From positions 45,102,525 to 45,166,524 of the forward strand of contig NC_057716.1 in assembly GCF_004010195.1 (NCBI RefSeq): a stretch of DNA of 64,000 nt, in the 5' to 3' direction. Source of the stretch: Chiloscyllium plagiosum. Lineage: Eukaryota. Below the pieces are notes generated by a model that searched no databases, was not told the DNA's origin, and was given only the letters and a program-made list of their open reading frames with translations. Positions within the stretch are counted from its first letter, which is position 1; each line of letters opens with the position of its first letter. Below are positions 35,601 to 47,426 of this stretch, one piece after another. The position numbers and the translations under genes are program-made.

Positions 35601-38600
35601 GTTACATTTTAATTTTGGAGTGATTACTTTTACTCACAATTATCAAACAAATTAATGTAAACATCTCTCTGGAATGATGTGCCACATTTATTTGCACTCG
35701 CCGTAAAATTAGTAAGGGGTAAAAAAACTGAAATTCAGCACCAGGCTCAGATTTCATCATCCGAAAATAAAACAGCAGCCGTTGGAAGAACAGAGTGATT
35801 CTGAACTTGGTCCGTTACTTATTCAATTTGAAAGGCAACTGACAATGCCGAAACGCTGGATTATCAGCATATTCTAAATTCACAACTGAGTTAGAAATGT
35901 AATCGCGCTGATAACGCTAAAATTTCAATATTAACGGGTGCATGGCATTATAGATTTTGAAATAAAACTTACGTATTGACAAATGTCCAAAAAAATGCAT
36001 AAGACCTTCTCAAGAATGGGCGGGCATTCTTGACTTCAGACGAATTGATGACTGCATTTGATTCGCATTATTGTTTTTAACGTGGAGCTTGAGGGTGTCA
36101 TTCTCGTGTTTGGTAGAAACTCCTTCAGACTTACTAGCCCATACTGCAGAGCTACGCAGTGTTTTATTAGGTCGCAGTGCCTCCGCAAGCTCCCCAAATT
36201 CAATGGGCTGGAAGTACACATTTACGTTAATTCTATCCAACTCTCTAAAATTGAAAACTTCTTCATGCAATCGTTTTTTCCTTACATTTTTGCTAAAGAT
36301 TCATGCAATCTCATGTAAAAGTTTACAAGCCGATTGAAACGAACCTTTGATCATTGAAATCCATATTTTACATCCAATTGTAATGGAAGCTCATTCACTT
36401 CAATGTTATCTGGTTTCAAGGTTTTCACGTCGCACCTGCCTTTTTGAAATGTAAAACGGTTCGACAATCATAGTAATATTTCTCCCTGTTACCATAATTC
36501 TAACTATGCAAAAATGATAGTTGGAAGCATCTGAGTTGCACGTCTTTACATGCATTTCATTGACTTGAAACAAACGCAAAGCCCAGAGACAAGGGAGATG
36601 AAATGTTGCTTTCAAACTAGAAAATAATTGAAAGTCAAAATCGAATCAAATTAATGTTACTCAATAATTACAATATGTGCGTATTGTTGTAGCGCATCAT
36701 AATAACTTGCCTGAAAAAAGTCTCTAAATTTCATAACATCGCCCAAACTCTAATGGCCGATGTTATGAACTGTTATATTTAAGGCCATGAAACTTTGCTG
36801 ATTAATTCTAAGCAGGTACTTGGTAATACGTCCAGAATTGAATAGCTAGCCACATTTTATCAGAGAACGTTTATTTGCATTGATATATTTCAATAAAATG
36901 TCTTAAGAGGTTCATGAAATCGCACAGTGCATGTTTAATTAATAGGAGTCCGGAGAAATGGCGGGGTTAGAAATAATGGCTGTTCCTGCCCACCCACGTC
37001 CTGAGTTGCTCGAATGAGACGCGAAATGACTGCAACTCATTCGTTGTCGGTCACATCTTCTCATAGCTGCCGAGCTCAAATGTAAAGTGCATCTCCATCA
37101 AACTACATTTTAACAAACGAACATATTCATATCAAAACACAATTTAAGATTTTTGAATTAATTAAACATTCACCATACTTGAAACCGTCAAATTAGAAAA
37201 TAAATTAACTTAGGAGGACCCGAGCACGGCTTTGTCATGAAAGGAATGTTGTAATAATATTTATGGAAAGGGGTTGATAGCCCTTGATTCCGTTTTCGAA
37301 AAATCAAACACTATTGCCAAAGTTTCGAACTGTTCCATGAGAGAAAAAAAAAGGCGCAATTTGAATCGTAGTCAATCTGTGTGACAGGAAAGAAGTCGTA
37401 TTCTCGTTTTAAGTGAAATAGATGCATGGCGACCTGCACCCGTATGGAATCATATTCAAATACAGCAAAGAGATTATTTCATTTCATAACCGTTTGTGAA
37501 AGCCTGCCTTAAATCTTTTGCACTCTGGCGATTAAGAATTTGAATTATTATAAACTGATAGAAACGCCTTAACTGGCGGGGCACATATCTTGTCGATTAA
37601 AATAGACGTGAGCCCTAAGTGAAAATAGTAACGGGGCTGAAGCTAGCGATAAATAACACGCTGCAAAATCAAACTTCAGCTGAATAAAAATAGCTATCCC
37701 CAGGATGTCTCTGCACTGTGTGCTTTCTATTGTTGCAGCGGCCTTGCTTTAATACCAGAACATAACCTAAAGCACTTAATGTCTTAATTCGTGTAGGTAT
37801 AATCTCCTTAAATGTTGTTGTTCTCCAAGCTTGGAATTTCCAGTTACTCGAGATTTTATACAGCTAAATTCCAATTAGATCGGCAAACTGCTAGTTTGCA
37901 TATCTCGTATAGAAAATTGACAAACAGTGGTTGGGTACACGATATTGAGACAATATTATTTGAATAATGATGTGACCGTTTATAGCTATTGCTTACAAAA
38001 CTACATCCTCTGAAATGTTTTTAAATGGTAATTTAAATTTCCAATGCTCTAAGCGAAGCACGGTGTGTTTCAATGCGTTCACCGCTAGTATATAAATATT
38101 AGCACTTATTCACAAATTAGGTGGCGAATTAACGTGTTACTGGAATGAATGCACTGCAATAAATCAATCGCAGAAAAATGTAAGGTGTGTTTCTTTATTT
38201 TTATTTTGTTCAATATGATCCTTTAAAGAACTCAAGCAAAGTACAATTTCATAACAGTTTCCGCACCCGTGTGTTTTCATTTCTTATTTGTCATTTCTGG
38301 CGCAGTTGATCATTTATGTTATTTTATGGACAGGATTCATGTGCAATTTCAGCAGAATGACTTCGGATTATGAAACCGAAGTCGCTGGAGCTTTGAAAAC
38401 AACTCGGCGCTAAGGTATTGGTCAATCACAAAATATCAATAATACCAGCACATTTCGATTCATTTAATTAAATTCATCGCACACTGTTATCGCCTAGTGT
38501 GGAAATACAGTTTTCGAAAATCAAATATGACACTCCTATTGGTATGCGTATTTATCAGAATAGAATTAACCCACTGTCCAGCTCCAGCTTCACAGTAAGA

Positions 38601-39204
38601 TTACAAAACATGAACTGTATATACAAATGATAAAAATGTTTCGTCGTTCATTTTATTAGAACTAAATGTACATAGGTAGAGTGCATGCATAATAGTTACA
38701 TATTTAAGATTTATATTCCAACGTTCCATTCTAATGACCTGTTGTACTTACATTCTCAAATGCAGAATATCTGCTTTTTACTCGAACGGAGTCATGTGAA
38801 AATTTAAACAAATGGAGGAATCAAAACAATGACAAATGTCTTTGAAACTAAAATGACGATGAGAAGAGGCCGGCACCTTATCCATGAACAGCAAAGTACA
38901 GACCACAACAAGTCAAATTTGTGCCTTACGATAATTTCCTGCTATGGCAAATGTTCACGAGGTATTCGTAGTTTGCATCTCAGTCCCTGTATGTTGCTGA
39001 TGTTTAACTAAACCAACACGCCCTGGACTAGTGGCAGTGGCAATGTAATGAAAGATTGCTGTTTTATATGACAGCACGTCAAAGGAGCACCTATCCATTA
39101 AAACAATGGATATTCTTGATCTACATGCTTTCTGTAAGCAAGCTTAGTTAGCATTAAAAGTTCATATCGCGACCTTGAAACTCACACATGAACTTTACTT
39201 TGGC

Positions 39205-39443
39205 CTAAAAGAGTGAGAGTGTTTGTTCGCGCATTACAAGCCTTTTCTTTTTCATACGCCGGTTTTGAAACCAGATTTTTACTTGTTGGTCGCTCAGATT
39301 CAGTCTATCGGACAATTCCTTCCTCTTCTGTCGATTGATGAACTCGTTCGCCAGAAATTCATTTTCAAGTTCAGCTATTTGCTGTTTTGTGTACGGTTTA
39401 CGTTTCCGTCTTGACCTCACTTGGGTTGGACACCAGGGCAGCC
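39205..39443 (-). CDS. hoxd12: HoxD12 exon 2 (homeobox)
   Basis: After CTGCAG|GG: [78 protein letters not shown]. Confidence 0.95.
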
Positions 39444-40179
39444 CTGCAGATGGAAACAGAGAGAAACAAGTTGAAGCAATGGAAACATTTCACCAGCTTT
39501 CATTCCAAAGCGTTTTCATTTTTCAGTATGTTACATTATCTCAGACGATAGTTTTTTTTTTAACGTTGCAAGATTCATTTGATGCCGTTTACAGAAATGT
39601 TGCTCAAAATTCGACAAAACAATATAAAAATTTCGACTTTTTGTGATACCTGTTCTTTAGAAATAACGACAGACGCGTGGTAAACTTTTCTATGATCAGA
39701 TCAATGACCCAGATACATTCTTCATATTAGGCATTCAAGTATCTTAATGTTCAGTAGAAAATTCAATCGCAATTACAAAGTCCAAAATAAAAACATTATG
39801 GAAAGTTGATAATAAAATGTAACAAATCCAGTACACAATTACGATTACATTATGTTAGTGCTAGCTAGCATTTACACTGAAATATTTAATTGTAATTTAA
39901 ATGTTGTGATTAATTTAATTTTAAACAAGTTGATCTATCATCCATTGGTCTCTGCTATGTTTTTAGTTTCAGAGTACTTTATTATCACGTTAAAGTCATT
40001 TTTATAATTACAGGGTTACTTTCCTGCTGTTCTAAATGTAATAAGAGCAAGGTTTCCAGGACCGCTGCTTGATGCTCAATACATGAATTTCACGTGAAGG
40101 TGGCAGGTAGTTCTTTTGGAAAGGAAGGAGAATTCAATTTTCAAATGATCATCGTTTTAATATTGCATTGATACTATAC

Positions 40180-40759
40180 CATCGGAGGATCTGTTGCATA
40201 CTGGCGTTACTGGTGACTGTAATGACATACTGAGGCTCACACTTTGCTTGATACCATCATTTACAGTGGGAGAGTTGGAATTCAATTCAAAGCCTTGGTT
40301 ATGTAATGACGAGCCATGTAGAGATGTTTCCACGTTTGGGTACTCATACTTGGAAGCATTGATGTTGACTGAAGAAGGGATGCTGGAATCACTTGGATAA
40401 GACTGATTGTGTCTACATCTCTCTTCCAGTTTGCGGCTGCTGTCTTGGAAGTAGTATTTGTTCGGCTCTTCGCCGGCTGCTGCCTTCTCTGATCCATGCT
40501 TATTGATGCTGATGGAGACTGAGTTGCTGAGGTAGGACTGAGAGTAGCCGCTAAAGGCGCGGCTCTGCGGCGGCGATGCGCATGGACTCGAAGTCCACGG
40601 GAGCGAGCACACCTCCCGACGGGTATAGGAGAGTGCTGGCGACAGAGTTGCTAGTTGAGTCCCATTCGGACGCAGATTGGCGAAGTAGAAGGGCTCCGGG
40701 CTGGTAAAATTTAACAGGGAGCCGACATAGCCTGAATTTAGCAGATTGTGCTCGCACAT
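40180..40759 (-). CDS. hoxd12: HoxD12 exon 1
   Basis: MCEHNLLNSGYVGSLLNFTSPEPFYFANLRPNG, the PG12 N-terminus. Phase-1 donor GATG|GTATAG at 40180/40179. Confidence 0.93.
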
Positions 40760-43589
40760 TTCCGAGCAGCGCGATCAGATCCTCTCTGTGCCCTATTTAG
40801 CTTCCAGACAGAGATAAACGAAAGACGCTTGCTGATTGGTTCTTTGACGGTCACAAGACAAACGGAAACAGCTTTTTTTTCTGGAACCGCCTCCGTCCCG
40901 CTGCAACTCACATCTGAAATGTCCAAGTACACGTCCATATGCACCTTCACCCTAATCTACGGCAGTTAGCCCGACATAACTCGCTTAATTCAACAGGATG
41001 CATACGCAGTTCAGAAAATAAGTATTTTAACTTGTTATAATGACATACATTGCAATAGATATCCGAGGATCCCACATACTCCTGAAGGGATTAAAATGTG
41101 GCTTTTTAATTCATAGAGCTTGAAATAAAATGCTTTAAATAAAGTTTCATACGCTCCTACGGTTCCTTGATTTTTTCCAGTCCATTTCATAATTACTTAA
41201 CATTTGTTGATAAAATTGATATGAGATTATCTGCGATATTATCTGACATGCATCATTTTAATTGGTGTTATGTAACATTTGTAGGCAGAAGAAAAGTAGG
41301 AAATGTTAATTAAAAATACCTTCTACTTTTCATATTTTAACTTGATTACTTTTAGTATTCATTATAATTCAATATTTCTTTCAACCGCTGTGGCAAGGAT
41401 ATCCATGTTCATTTCAGACATGCTGCATATTTTATCTTATTTTAAATATTTTAACAAAAAAAGTAACGACGCATACGAAGGTACGCGGTAACAGTGTTTC
41501 AAAATTTTAACCGTGGGCATTTTGTGCAAGCTATCTACCGGGGCGTCTAGAAAATACATTTTGCACCTAACCAAGTACAGGACGTTTGAAACATCGAAAA
41601 GATCTGTTAATGCATCAAAAAGACTAATGCGCATTTTTGTAAAACAAATGCATTTATAAAACTGAACAAGAACGTTGGGTCTACTGTAAAATTAAGCAAT
41701 GGTGATATTCCAATTCGTGTTATTCGATTCCATTATTTAAGACATTATTGACAAAATTTCAGCAAGTATTAAAGTATGTTCGCATTATGAACTGGAAATC
41801 AAAACACCCCCTTTTAATGTCTCCACGTTTGTTTCGAATAGTGTCGAGCTTAACATGTGAATTGTGCTTAACTTGTGCTTCTGCAAGTGGAAATATTGAA
41901 GCTAAATTTGGTTGCGCGTCCGTGTTTACAATAGGCACATTTCAGTAATATTCAGTAGGTTATTGATTATCTCCCTTGATGTATTACATTTCTGTACAAA
42001 ATTGAGGCTTCCCTAGAACGCTGCTCGTTTCGTTTGAACCGCGAACCCTCGATTTAGAACACGTCAAAGAAAATTTTGAATGAAGATTGCTGGAGTAAAT
42101 ACCACGCTTTTCTTTTATATCTGTCCTCGTTAGAATTCCTAGAAATAAATATTAAGCAACATCTGCAGTTATGTCCATGGAATTTTTTTGATCATTAAAA
42201 ATGAATACGGCTGTTATAAATCGAACATTTCAAATTAACATTCAAAAATAATAATTATGCTAAAGTGTATTGACAGCAAGTCAAATGGAATTAAGTACTA
42301 AACATATTTATTCTATCTCATTGTATTCTGCAAACAATTCTGACTCCAAATACGACAATCGATAAGTAAAATTCATGCGTAGCCGCTAAGGAAACAATAC
42401 GATGCATTTCTAGCATTGTAGCAACTACAGAAATGCGATATTCTATTTTCTTTTTGTTTATACTATTGGTAATTATTGGTCCGTAGGGTAACAATTTACT
42501 TTGTCTTCCAATTCATATATTCGCAATATGACACGATTTGGCTTTCAGTAAATATCATGTGCACTAAAATCAAAGCAGATACCGCCATCACATCCTCACC
42601 GGAAAGGAAAACGACTGTTCGTCCCCTGTCTCTTTTATGATCCCACGAAACCCTAAACATGCCGATCCTGATTCTTTCTTAAGATTTTAAAATCCGAGTG
42701 TAATTGCAAACAAGGCTACTTTATCCCAAGGCGGGTCTCCATCTAGCAATTTTTGCAAAAACGACAAATAACTAAAAAAAAGACTCAGTTCAAGGTCAAT
42801 GTCGAATAGGATCAAATCGCCATTTTTTAAAAGAAATGACGTTTACTTCGTTTCAGTGCAAAATGTGCTTTCGAATTGAAAGTCAGCTCAGTTTGAAAAT
42901 TTAAACCACGTCAGACACAAGTGAGGGTTTCATTGGAAAGACTGTGACTAGAGAAAGAAAGTGAATGAAGATCTTCACTTTACACCTACCATAAGCAACG
43001 CTGCTTTATTGGACCGGATGTTTTCTCAAGACTCTCATTCGATCAGGAGTTTCATTTCTGTGCTGCTTATGAAATTCGACAGGAACGTATAGATGTGTAT
43101 ACCGAACAAAGCTACAATTGAATAATACGCATGCTGCATATATCACAGAAACTCGTATTAAGGTTAATTCACCTATATTCTTTTGTTTACAATATAAAAC
43201 CAAAGCCGGGCTGCGCTTGGCTTCCGGAAAGTGAACGCGAAGTAAACTAATATAGGAATTAAAGCTTGATGTATAAGTTCTATAAAATACAATATTGTTA
43301 AAAGTTGTAAACTATTAAATTATAGATTATAAAGAAGTTGAGCACCGGCAATCGCAAACTTTACAGATCTTGAATTGAAATACTTACACTATCGATTTAC
43401 TTGAAAAAAAACGCACAATACAGCTGTTTAATTTGCTAATTCAATCTTTCAAAAAGATCTTAAAGGAAGAAAATATTGACCTAATTTGTATTTTAGATGT
43501 TGCTTTGCAGCGTAAATTAAGAACGACCATCTTGTAGCCCGCGCTACCACAGCACGGAAGATAATGTTGACCCATGTTTTACCGAGGGT

Positions 43590-43700
43590 TGCCCAGCAGA
43601 TGGCGAACTAGCTCTGCGATCAGGGTAGTCCTTATTATTCATGATGCTAAATAAAGTCAAGGTCAAAGACTATAACCATAGTCAAGGTCAATGGTAAATA
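43590..43700. promoter_or_regulatory. HoxD12-HoxD13 intergenic element: CTCF-like motif, octamer-like site and two TCAAGGTCA sites (probable region XI homologue)
   Basis: CCAGCAGATGGCG at 43593-43605, ATGCTAAAT at 43644-43652, TCAAGGTCA at 43657 and 43682. Confidence 0.6.
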
Positions 43701-46206
43701 GAAATTTGACGTCAGGGCGCTAAACGCCCTGCCAAAAATGTACCTTAATATAATCGGGCTCCGACAATTTTAATGGAAGTAAATTAGCCAGTGTGCGCGT
43801 ATTAAATATGACAGAATATGGAATTTTAGTGTGACTTAAAAGATCATAATTCTTCCCAATTTCCTTCTGAAACTGACAGGCAGAACCTATCGCAATGCAC
43901 AGGAATACACTTGGAAAGAAAGTGTTAGCAGCTGGTAAATAAAGATGGCAGGGTCAGGAGCATTATCACCTACTAAGTTCATGCTCATATAAATTGAAGC
44001 AATGGCACTCAGCTTAATTCTAAACTTCATCACTTAATATTTCTACGTTGAAAATAGGAACTGATAGCTTTCCTCACTTCCTCGTCTCTGCAATGATTTC
44101 CTTTTGCTTACGAATTCACAGTGCACTAATTCTGTTCCGAACACATTACCCAGATCAGCATGTTTTGCTTCATTTATGCATCGTCGCCGGCAACGATGGC
44201 ACAATAGTCATTTGCTTTAAACTATGGCGCGATTATAAGGTTGCCTGCCAAATGATTAATTTAAGCGTAAGGCAAAAGGAAAACCATTAGGTTTATTGTT
44301 TATACGTTTAAATGTATTTAATAATTTTTAAAAATGCACGATGGTCTATATTTTATCGTGCCTCTCCACAGAGCGTTCTAATAACGAACTGGCACTTGGC
44401 AACAGGCAGTTTATTTGCGGCAAACCTTTGAAATTATTGGGATATTTGTGCGAAATACGCACGATCCTATATTGAATTAGCCGACACTAGGAAAAATGAG
44501 ACACTGGCATCAACCCATGACCTTTCTAACCCGACGTTAATATTCTATTGGTACCAATAATATTAAGACTTTTGCTCATTTCATGACCGACTTACTGCAG
44601 AAATTTGAATTTAACCTTTTTTGTGTTAAAACACTGCATCCTGGAAACAGCGCATGTCCCAAGTTCTTTATAGTATATCGTAGTTTGAATTTATTAATTT
44701 ATACGCAGCGAGCAAATTCCGGGGAATATGTTCAAAAAGGTACTAGTAAAATATTATAAAATAATTAATTTTAACACCGTCTTTCTTTTAATTATTAGTG
44801 TTTAAGAGTTTGTATTTTCACCCAAAAATAAGGAGGCACTAAGGTGACTTAGGCACATGTATAAATTAGAAAAGCATTTGTGTAAATGCTGATAAGCTGA
44901 ATCTAAATATGGCGATATGAAAAGTAAAAAAAAGAACCCATTTACAAGAAATATAAAGCTTGAAGACAGTTAAAGTGTGATTTGTTTTAATATTTTACAC
45001 GGCATAATCAAGTAAGAAAACCTCCCGAGTTCATATTTAACTCGTCCTGCATAAAGAAAATGATGGACAAAATGAGCAAATACTTAAAATTGTACATAAA
45101 ACATAGAAATAATGCCAAACTTCTCCACTATGTTACTCCTATAGTTAACGTGATTACAATTTAGGTATACAGCGCAACAAGTTAGTAATTAGGAAACAGC
45201 TGTAAAAGTTTCAATTAAAGGCACCGCATTCAAAACTATCATGGGGCTTTCAAATATATTAGCACTTCTTTCGAAAATAACAGTTTGAAATGAACAGAAG
45301 ACTTATATGCAGAAACATAGCTTTTCATACTTTAACATAACTTTTAAGGACATCTTAACTTTGACAAGCATTTCGTTTGAGATTGAATTTATGATTAACG
45401 CTTACATTTGTTTAGGACAACATGTTACTACAGAACCTTCTGCAGTGAGTAAACAGAACGTTCTTTCTAAGCTAAATAATTTATTATGAAAATGATTGTA
45501 AGTTCGCTGCCGATTAATATGATAAAATATCTTACGAGATTGTACCGCAGTTAATCTGTAACTATCTCATTTATAATCAATTTCTACCTGGCACAGATTT
45601 AAAATGGTATCCTAGCAGTATATTTTCAATTATTCACAACGGAATGGATTCGTTGCTAATATATATTGTTAGCATTTGAATCCACTCGCAACTCAGCCAC
45701 CTTGCAAAGCATGACTGAAAACCTAAATGTTAAATAAAAATGCTTTGCATTAAGAAAGTCATAAATACTTTTCACTTAATGTCAATTTTTATGTTTGATT
45801 GTATAATCAGTTGTAGTCGCCATTTTATCTGGGTGTTGCAAACATCAGCAATTTAGCTGAACCCTCGAAAATATGACTTAAGACTGAACTAAGCATTTAT
45901 TTGCGACAGCATGTGCAATGCCACTCGTGAAAATAATCCAGCACGGTAACACAAGACAAGTATGCGAATGTGGGACTTTTCACATACTGAAGAGTGCCTT
46001 ATTTCTTTGAAAGTGGTGATGAAGTCAGATCAAGTATTTTAGCAAGTTTTGCACAACATTTTGTGGAAATTGTTATTTTACGATTTGTTTATAAATCCGA
46101 AGCTGTGGCTCGAAAATCTTCCACATTCAGTTCGTTTCCTTTTCTGAAGAGAAGACCATCACATGTAATTCACAATACGCCAGCACGGTTCCTGATATCT
46201 GCGGTA

Positions 46207-46457
46207 TCAAGGTATATTTTCTTTGACTTTAGAAACCACTTTCTTCTCCTTGACTCTTCTGTTCTGAAACCAGATGGTGACTTGTCTTTCGGTAAGATTG
46301 GTGGCAGTGGATATCCTTCGTCTTTTTTCCTTAGTTATGAATTTGTTTGTGGCGTATTCTCGCTCCAGTTCTTTGAGCTGAGTTTTCGTATAAGGAACCC
46401 TTTTCTTCCTCCCTCGTCTGTAAATGTTTATGTCAGTCTGATTGTGCATCACGTCTC
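46207..46457 (-). CDS. hoxd13: HoxD13 exon 2 (homeobox)
   Basis: After CCCCAG|GA: [82 protein letters not shown]. Confidence 0.96.
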
Positions 46458-46475
46458 CTGGGGAAGGGGTGGGGG

Positions 46476-46546
46476 GGTGACTTGTCTTTCGGTAAGATTG
46501 GTGGCAGTGGATATCCTTCGTCTTTTTTCCTTAGTTATGAATTTGT
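46476..46546 (-). repeat. Exact 71-bp intronic duplicate of HoxD13 homeobox sequence 46276-46346
   Basis: GGTGACTTGTCTTTCGGTAAGATTGGTGGCAGTGGATATCCTTCGTCTTTTTTCCTTAGTTATGAATTTGT is present at both positions without mismatch. Confidence 0.95.
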
Positions 46547-46738
46547 CGCAATCTTTTCATCTTTTAAGCATAATTTTAGGCATATGGTCAATTCAGTTCA
46601 ACGTTTTTCAAACCCATGGTTAGTGTGTGTTTTCAGGTATTAAGCTTTTGAAATATAGCAAATTAAACAACTAGTTAATTTGTGATTTTATACATTAAAA
46701 AAAAGCAACTCTTTTCGGTGAAAATCATTTCATAATAC

Positions 46739-47426
46739 CTGGCAGAGGAGATTTCCAGAAATGTGGAGTCTGTGTCTGATCTTTCGGACAATATACTTGA
46801 CCATTCCAGCCATTAGCAAATGTCCAAGGCTGGTAGCCCTCCATGGAAATTAAGGCTTCATGCCTTGGCTCTCCGTGCCCGCTTATTGTAGGGACTACTG
46901 GAACGTCCAAATAACCAGAGACCCGTTGGTAGGGATTGGGGTAGCTCTGATAAAATGCAAATTCTTTTGCCCTGGATGACACCTCGTCAGTGGGGACAGG
47001 CGTGTTAGTCAAACCCGAAACGTCCATGTATTTGTCCACTGGATAACCGGCCAGAGATGCATGGGCACCGGATTTCAGTCCAGTTTGCTGAATGCCAACA
47101 TTTCGACAACTGTAGTAGCTGCTTCCAAAATGATAGCCGTAACTTATCGCTGGATTGGGAGGGCTTGTGGGAGCTGGGCAGGGGCTGCACTGCTTGGCAG
47201 ATTCAGAAATGACAGAATGCGTTCGATCTCCGACGGAGTAAGCGGGACCCGAAGATAACGAATTATGATGAGCTCCAAATGCAGAGGGAGACAGAAAATT
47301 CCTGCATTGATTAGAAGGGACGTTCCCTCCCAATCCTTCCATTTCCGAGTTAGTGGTGTTATTTCTGTTGTGTAGGTACCTGATTGTATCAGTCCTCCAA
47401 GGGGCTGAAAGAAAAGAAGCTGTCAT
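46739..47426 (-). CDS. hoxd13: HoxD13 exon 1 (first ATG 47426; alternative ATG 47342)
   Basis: PG13 motifs [50 protein letters not shown]. Donor CCAG|GTATT at 46739/46738. Confidence 0.93.

Noticed and set aside
38359-38383. 8-bp stem hairpin GACTTCGG...CCGAAGTC downstream of HoxD12
   Set aside because: Too short for a pre-miRNA, and such stems arise by chance in 64 kb.
45994-46623. 209-aa + strand ORF
   Set aside because: Antisense shadow of HoxD13 exon 2 and its duplicate, with a non-ATG start and no recognisable domain.
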